From the NCBI GenBank assembly GCA_963664815.2, contig CAXXHB010000003.1, forward strand, positions 608,001 through 672,000: a stretch of 64,000 nucleotides of DNA, written 5' to 3'. Position 1 is the first letter of the stretch. Every line of letters begins with the position of its first letter. Made by a program: the position numbers and the translations under genes. This document shows positions 20,387-30,555 of the stretch, in pieces. A model generated the notes under the pieces. It ran no database searches and was not told the DNA's origin. It saw only the letters and a program-made list of their open reading frames with translations. The stretch comes from Spirochaetota bacterium. GTDB lineage: Bacteria > Spirochaetota > UBA4802 > UBA5550.

Positions 20387-20968
20387 TTGAAAAGGTTATT
20401 TTTTATAATTGTTATATTTTTTCTTTCCATATCATCATCTTTTGCAGTATTCTTTATGGAAGGCCAGGGTGACTATACTTCTACCGGGGATTATAATTCT
20501 GTAAAAGGTTTTGGATTAGGAATGGGATTTGATCTTACCAGTGATTTGAATTTTTTATTAAGGGTTGATACTGCTGAAGCAACTGAAAATAAGAGTAAAG
20601 CAAATGAAATAAATTATTCACTGGATAGTTATACCGCAGGTATTGAATTTATTCCTCAGATAGCGGCTATAGAAAAGTACAGGCTTTGCTGGAAAAACTC
20701 TATAAATGTTGGTGTATCCAAATTTGATTACAGGCAGAAAAATTCAGGATCATCAGATACAACATTTGATGATATGGGTACGTTTGTCTCATTAAAAACA
20801 GGGATTCAGTTTAATTTTACGCAATATATTGCACCGTACTTTGATCTTGGATTTCATAAAACATATTCCTGGTCAACATCACCTGACGCAACAATACAGG
20901 GATGGCAGGCTGATTTAGGTGTAAGATTTTATTTCGGAGGAAGCAGGGATTATATCACAGGTTATTAA
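20387..20968 (+). CDS. Outer-membrane beta-barrel protein (OMP_b-brl-like)
   Basis: Signal peptide (ending SSSFA), amphipathic strands, C-terminal LGVRFYF; TTG start follows AAGGGG (ORF track gives 20369). Confidence 0.8.
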   Translation: MKRLFFIIVIFFLSISSSFAVFFMEGQGDYTSTGDYNSVKGFGLGMGFDLTSDLNFLLRVDTAEATENKSKANEINYSLDSYTAGIEFIPQIAAIEKYRLCWKNSINVGVSKFDYRQKNSGSSDTTFDDMGTFVSLKTGIQFNFTQYIAPYFDLGFHKTYSWSTSPDATIQGWQADLGVRFYFGGSRDYITGY

Positions 20969-20999
20969 TTTGTATCTTTTTAAAATATTTATATACATA

Positions 21000-21043
21000 T
21001 ATAATATAAAAGCTCAGGGAATACCCTGAGCTTTTATATTATA
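21000..21043 (+). terminator. Intrinsic terminator
   Basis: TATAATATAAAAGCTCAGGG-AATA-CCCTGAGCTTTTATATTATA, perfect 20-bp stem. Confidence 0.85.
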
Positions 21044-21186
21044 ATTAAAGTTCAAGAATATCTTTATTTCGATAAGTACACCAGAACTTTTTTTGCTTTA
21101 TAAAAGTTGATGAATAAATGCAGGTTAATAATTGACATTTATAAAAAAAGGATTAATTTATAATTATAGTCAGTAAAAGGTTTTAG

Positions 21187-22596
21187 ATGAAAAGTGGATT
21201 GAATATAGGATTAAAACAGACTCAGAAACTTATAATGACACAAACTTTGAGGCAGTCAATAGAGATGCTTCAGATGACAAATATAGAACTATCCGAATTG
21301 ATTTCAAATGAGTTCCTTGAGAATCCTCTTCTTGAGGAGATAACAGCAAATCAGAGTGAAGATTACCTTGAGGAAAAACTTAACAAAAATCTAAATGGAG
21401 AAGAGAGTGATACCGCCGATTCTCCAGAGAAGGAAATATATGATGATCCTAATGAGAGTGGTGTAAACAGGCATTACGAAGATGAAGACAGGAACAGGTT
21501 GTTTATCGAAAATGCAGTATCGACAAAAGAGAGTTTAAAAGAACATCTTCTCTGGCAGGCAACAATGACAGCTGAAACATCTGATGAGCTTGCTGTATAT
21601 GAAGAAATTATTACGATGCTTGATGATGATGGTTTTTTAAAGGAAAGCTCTTTTGAAAGCCTGGGGGATTCAAAAAAATCAGATGTGCTTTACAATATTC
21701 ACCAGTTTGATCCGGTAGGTTGTGCTGCGTTTTCTATGCAGGAATCGTTACATATTCAATCCTGTTATTTTTTCCCTGAAGATACCCTTCTGCATGAAAT
21801 GATTTCAGAGCACTTTAATGAACTTGAAAAACTTGATTATATGCGGATATCAAAGGCTCTTGGGATCCCGGAAAATATTGTAATAGAGAAGAGTAAAACC
21901 CTCCATAATCTGAATCCGTTTCCCGGAAGGTCATATTCCGGAAAAGAAGCACGTCCGGTAATACCTGATGTTGAAGTTAAACTGGTTGATGATGAGATAA
22001 TTGTAACTTTGAATGATGACTGGGTTCCCGGAATCCGTCTGAGTGGTTATTATGTGAATCTGCTTAAAAAAATCGGCATTGATAAAGAACAGCGTGAATA
22101 TTTAAATTCAAAGCTCCAGTCTGCGATGGCTTTATTAAAAAATATTTCAACAAGAAGAAATACTATTTTAAAGGTTACTTCTGCTATTATGACGAGCCAG
22201 AGACTGTTTCTTGAAAAAGGACCTGGACATTTGAAGTATCTGACTCATCATGACATTGCCGAAGAGGTGAATGTACATGAATCGACCGTAAGTCGTGTAT
22301 CAAGCGGTAAATATATACAGACTTCATGGGGAGTTTTCGAAATGAAATACTTTTTTGTTTCGCGTATTAAAAAAACCGGATATAATGAGGATGATCAGTC
22401 TTCGGATAAAGTCAAGGGGATGATTCAGGAGATAATCAGCAGAGAAAACTCTGATTACCCGGTAAGTGATGAAGAGGTAGTTAACCTTTTAAAGGAAAAA
22501 GGAATAACTGTCGCTCGAAGAACAATTGCGAAGTACAGGGATATGTTAAATATCCCTGCTTCAAATAAAAGAAAAAAGATTAATATGATCAAGTAA
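21187..22596 (+). CDS. rpoN: RNA polymerase sigma-54 factor
   Basis: Region I Q/L-rich N-terminus, NPLLE, HESTVSR HTH, RpoN box ARRTIAKYR. Confidence 0.98.
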   Translation: MKSGLNIGLKQTQKLIMTQTLRQSIEMLQMTNIELSELISNEFLENPLLEEITANQSEDYLEEKLNKNLNGEESDTADSPEKEIYDDPNESGVNRHYEDEDRNRLFIENAVSTKESLKEHLLWQATMTAETSDELAVYEEIITMLDDDGFLKESSFESLGDSKKSDVLYNIHQFDPVGCAAFSMQESLHIQSCYFFPEDTLLHEMISEHFNELEKLDYMRISKALGIPENIVIEKSKTLHNLNPFPGRSYSGKEARPVIPDVEVKLVDDEIIVTLNDDWVPGIRLSGYYVNLLKKIGIDKEQREYLNSKLQSAMALLKNISTRRNTILKVTSAIMTSQRLFLEKGPGHLKYLTHHDIAEEVNVHESTVSRVSSGKYIQTSWGVFEMKYFFVSRIKKTGYNEDDQSSDKVKGMIQEIISRENSDYPVSDEEVVNLLKEKGITVARRTIAKYRDMLNIPASNKRKKINMIK

Positions 22597-22607
22597 CAGG
22601 AGAGCTT

Positions 22608-23411
22608 ATGAAGATTAAAATTACAGGAAGACACATTGATGTATCTGAAAGGCTCAAGGAGTATGCTGAAAAAAGAATTTCAAAACTTGAAAAATATTTT
22701 CAGCAATTGATTGACATTCACCTTATTCTTTATGTCGAAAAGCTGGATCATGCGGCTGAACTGGTAATTAATGGAGATTCAGTTCAGTTTCATGCAAGGG
22801 AAAAAGCTGCGGATTTATATTCAGCTATTGATTTGCTCGTTGATAAAATGGAATCACAGATTTGTCGTTTTAAAGAAAAGATTCAGTCCAGAAAAGGGCA
22901 TGGTGCGGAAATTGATCTGTCATTTGATATAAAGAATGATATGGGGACAGAAGCAGTTCTTACACAGGTAAGCAGCAGGCCGGTTAATAATATAGAAGCA
23001 TTTCTGCAGATGAAAGTTAATAAGAAGGATTTTATACTTTTTAAAAAAGGTGTAGATACAATTGAGAGTGAGGTGGATTATGCAAATAAAAATTATGCTG
23101 TCATTTATAAAAGCGGCGCTGTTTTTAAACTTGTAGAGATTCCTTTTGAAAATCATAAAGGGAGTGAGTTCAATGCAGATACTTTTGTTGAATATGAACT
23201 TGATGTGAAAGATGAATCGGCATTAAATCCTAAAATTGATTTTAAAAAGGGTGGCGCCTGCAATATAGGTAAACATACTCTTAATGAAGCATTTGATTTT
23301 TTTGAAAAATCAGATGAAATTTACATGCCTTTTTTCAATACCGAAACAAGATATTTCAACATTTTGAGCCGAAGTGGAAAAAAACTGGAAGTGCTGGTGC
23401 CTGCATTTTAA
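22608..23411 (+). CDS. hpf: Ribosome hibernation promoting factor, extended form with two S30AE_C-like repeats
   Basis: ITGRHIDVS..LKEYAEKRISKL, DLYSAID; lies directly after rpoN. Confidence 0.92.
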   Translation: MKIKITGRHIDVSERLKEYAEKRISKLEKYFQQLIDIHLILYVEKLDHAAELVINGDSVQFHAREKAADLYSAIDLLVDKMESQICRFKEKIQSRKGHGAEIDLSFDIKNDMGTEAVLTQVSSRPVNNIEAFLQMKVNKKDFILFKKGVDTIESEVDYANKNYAVIYKSGAVFKLVEIPFENHKGSEFNADTFVEYELDVKDESALNPKIDFKKGGACNIGKHTLNEAFDFFEKSDEIYMPFFNTETRYFNILSRSGKKLEVLVPAF

Positions 23412-23418
23412 AATCCCC

Positions 23419-23450
23419 GCTATTTCCGGAGTAAAAGCTCCGGAAATAGC
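23419..23450 (+). other. Perfect 13-bp stem-loop after hpf (mRNA stabiliser or partial terminator)
   Basis: GCTATTTCCGGAG-TAAAAG-CTCCGGAAATAGC; weak U-tail. Confidence 0.6.
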
Positions 23451-23567
23451 ATTTCAATACAATAAAGTTAATAATATTTTTAAAAGTATTGGAATATAAA
23501 TAATGATTTTTTATAAACTTAAGCTTTTTTTGCTGGAAAGAAATCCATATCATGAGAAAATAATGCC

Positions 23568-24512
23568 ATGGGAAAGGTAACATTAAGATATTTTATTGAA
23601 GGAATCGGGAGAATTGATCTTCAACTTCGTCTTCTGGCCGGGGAAGGTGGGCTTGATAAAGAGATTAAGTCTGGTGAAATAAATCGGCCTGGTCTTGCAC
23701 TTGCAGGTTTTTTTGACTATTTTGCATATGAAAGAATTCAGATTTTTGGTCAGGGTGAAACAGCTTTTATGACACAGCTCAGTCATGAGCATAAAGTTAA
23801 AGTGTATGATGAATTCTTCAGCTATCCGGTTTTCTGCTGCGTTTTTACATATGAATTCAGACCTGATGATCTTTTCCTTGAATACGCTGAAAAAAATAAT
23901 GTACCAATTTTTCTTTCGAAGAGAGGGACTACAAGGTTTATTACGCTTTTTGTGCATGTTATTGATGAGATTTTTGCTGAGAGTGTAACTATGCATGCTA
24001 CACTTGTTGATGTCTTTGGTGTTGGTGTTCTTCTTACCGGTAAAAGTGGAGTTGGGAAGAGTGAGACAGCCCTTGAGTTGATTGAACGGGGACATCGGCT
24101 TGTTGGTGATGATATGATTGTCATTAAGAAAATTGACGAATCGTTACTTATGGGAGGCGGTTCAGAGATATTAAAGCATCATATCGAAATACGTGGTATC
24201 GGGATAGTAAATGTGCGTGAAATTTTCGGGATAAGGTCTGTAAGAAACAGAAAGCGTATTGAAATGGTAATACTTCTTGAAGAATGGGATTCTACAGTGG
24301 AGTATGACAGGCTTGGTCTTGATGAGAAAAAATTTACAATTCTGGATATTGATGTTCCGTATATAACCGTTCCTGTTCGTCCGGGAAGAAATATTCCAAT
24401 TATTATTGAAACTGCAGCATTGAATCAGAGACTGAAGAAAGTAGGAATTAATTCCGCCAGAGAACTGGATGAACGGATAAAAAAATGGATTATCTCAGAG
24501 GGTGGGAAGTAA
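23568..24512 (+). CDS. hprK: HPr kinase/phosphorylase
   Basis: INRPGLALAG, GKSGVGKSETALELIERGHRLVGDD, IEIRGIGI, PGRN. Confidence 0.98.
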   Translation: MGKVTLRYFIEGIGRIDLQLRLLAGEGGLDKEIKSGEINRPGLALAGFFDYFAYERIQIFGQGETAFMTQLSHEHKVKVYDEFFSYPVFCCVFTYEFRPDDLFLEYAEKNNVPIFLSKRGTTRFITLFVHVIDEIFAESVTMHATLVDVFGVGVLLTGKSGVGKSETALELIERGHRLVGDDMIVIKKIDESLLMGGGSEILKHHIEIRGIGIVNVREIFGIRSVRNRKRIEMVILLEEWDSTVEYDRLGLDEKKFTILDIDVPYITVPVRPGRNIPIIIETAALNQRLKKVGINSARELDERIKKWIISEGGK

Positions 24513-24775
24513 TGATTGAAAAAGACGTTGTAGTAAATAGTGATGCAGGTATTCATGCGAGACCTGCAATGATGATTGTTCGGGAGGCTATGAAGTATCC
24601 CTGTGATATCACTCTGATTAAAGATAATGTAGAAGCGGATGGGAAATCAATCATGTCAGTTCTGGGTCTTGCAATAATTTCCGGATCAAAGCTGACAATA
24701 AGAGCAAGTGGTGAAGGGGAACTTGAACTTGTAAGTTATATACTAAACCTTATAGAGAATGATTTTAAGGTCTGA
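24512..24775 (+). CDS. ptsH: Phosphocarrier protein HPr
   Basis: GIHARPA (His15) and DGKSIMSVL (Ser46); ATG overlaps the hprK stop (ORF track starts at 24485). Confidence 0.96.
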   Translation: MIEKDVVVNSDAGIHARPAMMIVREAMKYPCDITLIKDNVEADGKSIMSVLGLAIISGSKLTIRASGEGELELVSYILNLIENDFKV

Positions 24776-24804
24776 AAAATAAAATATCTCTCCAGGAAGT
24801 CATT

Positions 24805-26577
24805 TTGTCTCCAGACAAAAAGAAAACTAAAAACACCAATTCAATACAGGATATTTTATTTCTTGTAGGTATTGTAATTTTTTCATCGATATTGATAATT
24901 GGACTTTTTCCCGGTAGATTAAATGCCGGGCTTGTCGATGAAAACTTCTTCATAACAACTATGATGACTATTCCCATCATTGCAGGGATTTACTTAATAG
25001 TTATGTCCTTCAGGAGAAGTATTAATATAAACTCTGTCGACATCCCTGCAAGCATCAAAAAAAAAATGACTATCTCCTTTGTTTTTATTGCAGTATTGTC
25101 AGCAATGCCGATTGTCCTGATATCAAGCAATTATTTTAATAAAAGCCTTTCAAAAATGTTCAGTGGACGAACAATGAAAGCACTTGATGTATCGGTTGAA
25201 CTTACCCATGGAATATATAATGGTATAGAGAAAGAGGTTAAATCGGAACTTGAAAAAGTCAGATTTTTACTTGATAATTTCATGATTATGACTACAAAAA
25301 CTGATCTTGAGAAAATTACCGGCTCCTATAAAAATGCTGCATTGAAAATTATTTTTTTTAAGGTGGTCGATGGTAAACTGTCTATTGTAGAAAATGAACA
25401 ATCTCATTTAACTGAGGATAAATGGAAAATATACCAGTTTTATGGTAATATAAAATCGTCCGGAATCAGAACAGACAGAATAGAGATTGACGGGAGGGAT
25501 CTTATAAGTGGCATGTTTCGCTATCAGGATCTTATGGTTGTAGTTTATCTTCCCATCTCTGCGGAATTTAAAATGACTGAAAATCTGTTTAAAAATGCGA
25601 GAGAGGATTACCGGATAATTGAAAACCAGAAAGAGTATTTTGAAAGCGGAACCGGATCATTTTTAATGTTAATATCGATAATTATTGTCGGTATTGCTTA
25701 TCTTATAGGCTTGTATATATCTGAAAATATTACAAAACCGGTTCTTGAACTTTCATCAGCTTCAAAGCAGATAGCCATGGGGAATAATAAATTATTTATT
25801 GAGAAAAAGAGTGATGATGAGATCGGTGTGCTGGTTGATGCATTCAACTTAATGGCGAAGCAGCTCGATGAAAACCAGAAGTTTATGTTTCAGCGACAGA
25901 AACTTGAGGCATGGAATGAAATGGCGAGAAAGCTTGTACATGAGATAAAGAATCCTCTTACGCCAATAAGGTTGTCAGCTGAAAGGATGAGAAAGCTGGT
26001 TAAAGAGGGAAATCCTGATATGGGGAAGGCTGTTATCACAGGTACGGAAATGATAATAACGGAAGTAAATTCATTGTTAAAGCTTGTTGGTGATTTTAAT
26101 AACTTCGCCAGGCTCCCTGTAAAAAAAGCGGAACTTTCAAATATCAATAGTCTAATTGATGAAAGCATACTTCTCTTCCAGGGTTATGAGAATGTTGAAT
26201 TCAGATTTGTCAGGGATGAAAGCCTGTCCGATATCCTGCTTGACCGGGGTCTTTTCAGACAGGCGATAAATAATATAATAACAAATTCGATTCAGGCTTT
26301 TTCAGCAAACGGACTGATAACAGTTTTAACCGATATGGATAATTCTGGTCTGTATCAGACTGTGAAGATAAAGGATAACGGACCGGGTATAAGGGAAGGT
26401 GATATTGATCGAATATTTGAACCCGGTTTTACAATGAAAAAAAGCGGTACCGGACTTGGACTTGCAATTGTTGAGAAGGTTGTTTTCGAACATGGCGGCA
26501 AAATTTACTGCCGTTCAACGGAAGGTCAGGGTGCCGAATTTATACTGATGTTTCCAAATCAGACAGGAGTAGTATAA
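24805..26577 (+). CDS. Membrane sensor histidine kinase, NtrY-like (HAMP-HisKA-HATPase)
   Basis: Several TM helices; DEIGVLVDAFN HAMP; AWNEMARKLVHEIKNPLTPIRLSAER; GTGLGL. Confidence 0.92.
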   Translation: MSPDKKKTKNTNSIQDILFLVGIVIFSSILIIGLFPGRLNAGLVDENFFITTMMTIPIIAGIYLIVMSFRRSININSVDIPASIKKKMTISFVFIAVLSAMPIVLISSNYFNKSLSKMFSGRTMKALDVSVELTHGIYNGIEKEVKSELEKVRFLLDNFMIMTTKTDLEKITGSYKNAALKIIFFKVVDGKLSIVENEQSHLTEDKWKIYQFYGNIKSSGIRTDRIEIDGRDLISGMFRYQDLMVVVYLPISAEFKMTENLFKNAREDYRIIENQKEYFESGTGSFLMLISIIIVGIAYLIGLYISENITKPVLELSSASKQIAMGNNKLFIEKKSDDEIGVLVDAFNLMAKQLDENQKFMFQRQKLEAWNEMARKLVHEIKNPLTPIRLSAERMRKLVKEGNPDMGKAVITGTEMIITEVNSLLKLVGDFNNFARLPVKKAELSNINSLIDESILLFQGYENVEFRFVRDESLSDILLDRGLFRQAINNIITNSIQAFSANGLITVLTDMDNSGLYQTVKIKDNGPGIREGDIDRIFEPGFTMKKSGTGLGLAIVEKVVFEHGGKIYCRSTEGQGAEFILMFPNQTGVV

Positions 26578-27938
26578 TGGCCAGAATACTTATCGTTGAC
26601 GATGAAGTGAATATCATTAACTCAATGACCCCGATTCTGCAGGATGAGGGCCATATTGTTTTTTCAGGAAATTCAGGAGAAGAGGCGATTTCATTTTTAA
26701 AAAAGAATGATGTTGACCTCATTATACTTGATGTGTGGCTTCCTGATGCTGATGGTATAGAGTTGCTGGAAAGAATAAAAAAATTATATCCCGAATCTGC
26801 TGCTATCATGATAAGCGGGCATGGATCCATTGATATTGCTGTCAGGTCTACAAGGATGGGGGCATTTGATTTTCTAGAGAAACCGCCATCTCTCGACAGG
26901 CTTGTAACTTCAGTTAACAATGCGCTGGAGCAGGTGAGATTAAGGCGGGAAAATATTAAACTCAGAAAGAAATCATTTGTTGATGATGAAATGATTGGTA
27001 ATTCAGATAATGTTAGTGAAATAAAAGAGATAATCAGAAGAGCTGCGAAGACTAATGCAAGAGTACTGATTACAGGAGAAAGCGGGACCGGTAAAGAACT
27101 TGTTGCTAAAGCAATTTATCAGTTGTCTAACAGGTCTGATAAGCCGTTTTTAAAAATGAATTGTGCAGCTATTCCTGATGAGCTTATTGAGAGTGAATTG
27201 TTCGGGCATGAGAAGGGTTCTTTTACCGGTGCGGTTGGAAGAAGACTCGGGAAATTTGAGCTTGCAGATGGCGGCACTCTTTTCCTTGACGAAGTCTGTG
27301 ATATGAGCTTGTCGGCTCAGGCTAAAGTGCTCCGGGTACTCCAGGAACAACAATTTGAAAGGGTGGGTGGCAATGAAACAATTACTGTTGATGTGCGTGT
27401 GATTGCTGCTACGAATGTTGATATTACAAAGGCGATTGAAGATGGTAAGTTCAGGGAAGATCTCTATTACAGACTGAATGTCATACCGATACATGTACCT
27501 AAACTCTCAGATAGAAAAGAAGACATAGAGGTGTTGATTAACTATTTTGTAGAAAAATTTTCACAGGAGCATGGAACAGGTAAAAAAAATATAACTGATG
27601 ACGGCATGGATTTTCTGAAGCAATATCCATGGCCTGGGAACGTAAGGGAACTGAAAAATATTATCGAACGTGTTGTTATAATGGTTTCCACGGAAGACAT
27701 AAAGGCTGATGATATTAAAAAAAATCTCGGCGCTGTTCCGAAAGAGTCAAATCGTGAAGTCAATACTACCGGCGGATCATTAAAGGATTCACGCGAAGCC
27801 TTTGAAAGAGAATACATTATAGCCTCGCTAAAAAAAAATGACAATAATATATCGGCAACTGCAAAAGAACTTGAAATAGAAAGAACCAATCTTCATAGAA
27901 AGATAAAGCAGTTTAATATAAATGTTGAAAAGCTATAA
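26577..27938 (+). CDS. Sigma54-dependent response regulator, NtrX-like
   Basis: REC domain; GESGTGKE; ESELFGHEKGSFTGA; FREDLYYRL; WPGNVREL; Fis-type HTH. Confidence 0.95.
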   Translation: MARILIVDDEVNIINSMTPILQDEGHIVFSGNSGEEAISFLKKNDVDLIILDVWLPDADGIELLERIKKLYPESAAIMISGHGSIDIAVRSTRMGAFDFLEKPPSLDRLVTSVNNALEQVRLRRENIKLRKKSFVDDEMIGNSDNVSEIKEIIRRAAKTNARVLITGESGTGKELVAKAIYQLSNRSDKPFLKMNCAAIPDELIESELFGHEKGSFTGAVGRRLGKFELADGGTLFLDEVCDMSLSAQAKVLRVLQEQQFERVGGNETITVDVRVIAATNVDITKAIEDGKFREDLYYRLNVIPIHVPKLSDRKEDIEVLINYFVEKFSQEHGTGKKNITDDGMDFLKQYPWPGNVRELKNIIERVVIMVSTEDIKADDIKKNLGAVPKESNREVNTTGGSLKDSREAFEREYIIASLKKNDNNISATAKELEIERTNLHRKIKQFNINVEKL

Positions 27939-28590
27939 TATAACAGATTCATTAATTGGCATCTTAAAAGACAGAAAATTGATGAAGAGCGCTCTGCTGT
28001 ATAGAGGGGATGAAGAATTAAACCTGCTTTTAAGTATTCTCAGGAAAAACTCCGGTGAAAATGAGCTGCAAGTTGTAAGTGAGATTACTGTAGAATCATT
28101 AATCCGCGAATGTAAAAACTGTCCTGATATAATTGAAAGAAAATCTCCTTTTGGCTCAGGATCAAACAGAGTAATGATAATATTGAATGCGCCAAGGATG
28201 GCTAACAGAATTGAAATCAGTATCCACAGGACGGAATCTGTAAATCTTCTGAAAAAAATGGTTTCTGCAATTGGGCTTGAAATGAAAGAATGTTATGTGA
28301 CTAACCTGATAAAATGTGAAACAGGCAGCGCTTTGCTTAAGCCGAGCGATATGGTTAAAAACTGTATCAAAGTACTTCAGAAAGAAATTGAAATTATCAG
28401 ACCGGAACTGGTAATCGTTATGGGTGAAATACTACCTGTCCAGGGAATAATAAATTCGAGCAAGGGTATCACATGGTTTAATACAGAGCACACCATATCT
28501 CTTATTAAAAACCCCGAATTGAAACGATCTGCATGGGAAACATTAAAACTTGTAAGGAAAAAATTTCTGGAACTGCAGAATGAAGCGTGA
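27922..28590 (+). CDS. Uracil-DNA glycosylase family 4-like protein with degenerate catalytic motifs
   Basis: CKNC...YVTNLIKC...C (4Fe-4S ligands), EIEIIRPELVIVMG, K..AWE.LK; motif A is LNAPR and motif B is HTISL. Confidence 0.8.
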   Translation: MLKSYNITDSLIGILKDRKLMKSALLYRGDEELNLLLSILRKNSGENELQVVSEITVESLIRECKNCPDIIERKSPFGSGSNRVMIILNAPRMANRIEISIHRTESVNLLKKMVSAIGLEMKECYVTNLIKCETGSALLKPSDMVKNCIKVLQKEIEIIRPELVIVMGEILPVQGIINSSKGITWFNTEHTISLIKNPELKRSAWETLKLVRKKFLELQNEA

Positions 28591-30553
28591 AAACACTCCC
28601 CGTGCTGTAACTGCTGATATATTCGTTAATTCGCCTGCTGAAAAATCATATACATACAGGATTCCGGAGCACATGAATATTATAACCGGAATGAGAGTAT
28701 TAGTTGATTTTGCAGGGAAAAAAATGACAGGTTATGTTTCTGCAACACATAAGAATTTACCTGACGGAATAGAAGTTAAAGATATATTGTCACAGATTGA
28801 TGATGAGCCAATATACGATGAAAGGATTATTGGGCTAGCTGAATATGTTTCCAAATCATATCTGTCTTCTGTTGGAGAAGCTATAGGGAAAGCTCTTCCT
28901 TCGGGTGAAAGTTCAAAATCGAGACCACGTGCATCAAGAGTTGAGCATATAAAGGAAAGCAGGATAACTCTTACTGATAAACAGAGGGAAATTTATAATA
29001 GGATAATTTCTTCGGTTAAAAAGGCGCATCTTATCTTCGGAATTACCGGGAGCGGCAAGACTGAAGTGTATATGAGTGCTGCGATTAATGCAGTATCAAA
29101 AGGACTTTCGGTAATATATCTGGTTCCGGAAATTACCCTTTCATCACAAATTCATGAAAGATTATATAAAATTTTCGGTGAAAACCTTGTTGTTTATCAC
29201 AGCCAGTTGACGCAGAATCAACGCCTTTCAAACTGGAAAAAGTTTTATAAAGGGGAGGCTATGGTTGCGGTTGGTACAAGATCGGCTGTATTTCTTCAAT
29301 GCCCGAAACTTGGCCTGATAATAATTGACGAGGAACACGATCCATCTTACAAGGAACAGAGTACCCCAAGATATAATGCGAAAAGAGTTGCCTTCTACAG
29401 AGGTGAAACTGAAAACGCTACACTGATTCTCGGATCTGCGACCCCTTCAATTGAGACGCTCTATTCTGCTGAACGTGGAATTATTGAATTACATCGTCTG
29501 GAAGAAAGATATGGAGATAGTAAACTTCCGGTGATTGAAATTGTTAAACTGAAAAACAGTAATGAGGAAATTTCTTCAAGATTAAAATTATTTACTAACA
29601 GAGCTGTGAAAGAAGGAAAACAGGTTGTTTACCTTCTGAACAGGAGAGGCTTTGCCCCTTTTGTATTATGTGGTAATTGTGGTTCAGCCGTTGAATGTCC
29701 TGAGTGCAGTATCGGTATGAATTACCACAGGGACAGGGGTATGCTATGTCATTATTGTGGCTATACTTCAGAAGTTCCTGTAAAATGTACCAAATGCGGA
29801 TCGGAATCTATTCTAAAACTTGGTTCAGGTACCCAGAAGATTGAGGAACTGATTGTAAATGAGTTTGCAGAGTACAGGGTATTCAGACTTGATCAGGATA
29901 GTGCAAGAAAAAAGGATGCGGTTTATGATCTGCTTGATATGATGCGCAGGGGTGAAATAGATATATTACTTGGAACTCAGATGGTTTCAAAAGGTTTTGA
30001 TTTTCAAGATGTAACGTTGGCAGGGATCATTATGGCTGATATCGGGCTCAATATGCCGGATTTCAGGGCAACAGAAAGAATTTTTTCACTTCTTATGCAG
30101 CTGTCAGGTAGATCAGGACGAAGGGGCAGTGAAGGACGTGTTATTATCCAGACTTTGAATGATGAACATCTGATATTTGATTACCTGAAACGCCAGGATT
30201 ACTGGGGTTTTTACCGTGAAGAGCTTAAAATCCGTAAGCTGATAAATTATCCCCCATTTTCCCGTCTGGGTAGAATTGTAATAAGGGGAAGGGATGAGGA
30301 AACCGTAAGCAAATCGGCTGAGATTCTGGTTAATAAAATGAAATTAATTACTGAAGAAAAAAATCATACAATCACTATACTCGGGCCATCGCCTGCCCCT
30401 ATTTCTAAAATAGGGGGTAATTACAGGTATCATATTATTCTGAAAAGTAAAAAACTCAAGGAGCTTACAGAGTTTATTAAAACAGCTCTTGATTCGTTCA
30501 GATCAAAAGCTGTCTATATTGAAATTGACATAGATCCGGCAGATATGCTGTAG
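28580..30553 (+). CDS. priA: Primosomal protein N' (replication restart helicase)
   Basis: GITGSGKTEVY, IIIDEEHD.SYK, NRRGF, four CxxC pairs, GTQMVSKG.DF, YPPF. Confidence 0.98.
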   Translation: MKRENTPRAVTADIFVNSPAEKSYTYRIPEHMNIITGMRVLVDFAGKKMTGYVSATHKNLPDGIEVKDILSQIDDEPIYDERIIGLAEYVSKSYLSSVGEAIGKALPSGESSKSRPRASRVEHIKESRITLTDKQREIYNRIISSVKKAHLIFGITGSGKTEVYMSAAINAVSKGLSVIYLVPEITLSSQIHERLYKIFGENLVVYHSQLTQNQRLSNWKKFYKGEAMVAVGTRSAVFLQCPKLGLIIIDEEHDPSYKEQSTPRYNAKRVAFYRGETENATLILGSATPSIETLYSAERGIIELHRLEERYGDSKLPVIEIVKLKNSNEEISSRLKLFTNRAVKEGKQVVYLLNRRGFAPFVLCGNCGSAVECPECSIGMNYHRDRGMLCHYCGYTSEVPVKCTKCGSESILKLGSGTQKIEELIVNEFAEYRVFRLDQDSARKKDAVYDLLDMMRRGEIDILLGTQMVSKGFDFQDVTLAGIIMADIGLNMPDFRATERIFSLLMQLSGRSGRRGSEGRVIIQTLNDEHLIFDYLKRQDYWGFYREELKIRKLINYPPFSRLGRIVIRGRDEETVSKSAEILVNKMKLITEEKNHTITILGPSPAPISKIGGNYRYHIILKSKKLKELTEFIKTALDSFRSKAVYIEIDIDPADML

Positions 30554-30555
30554 TT

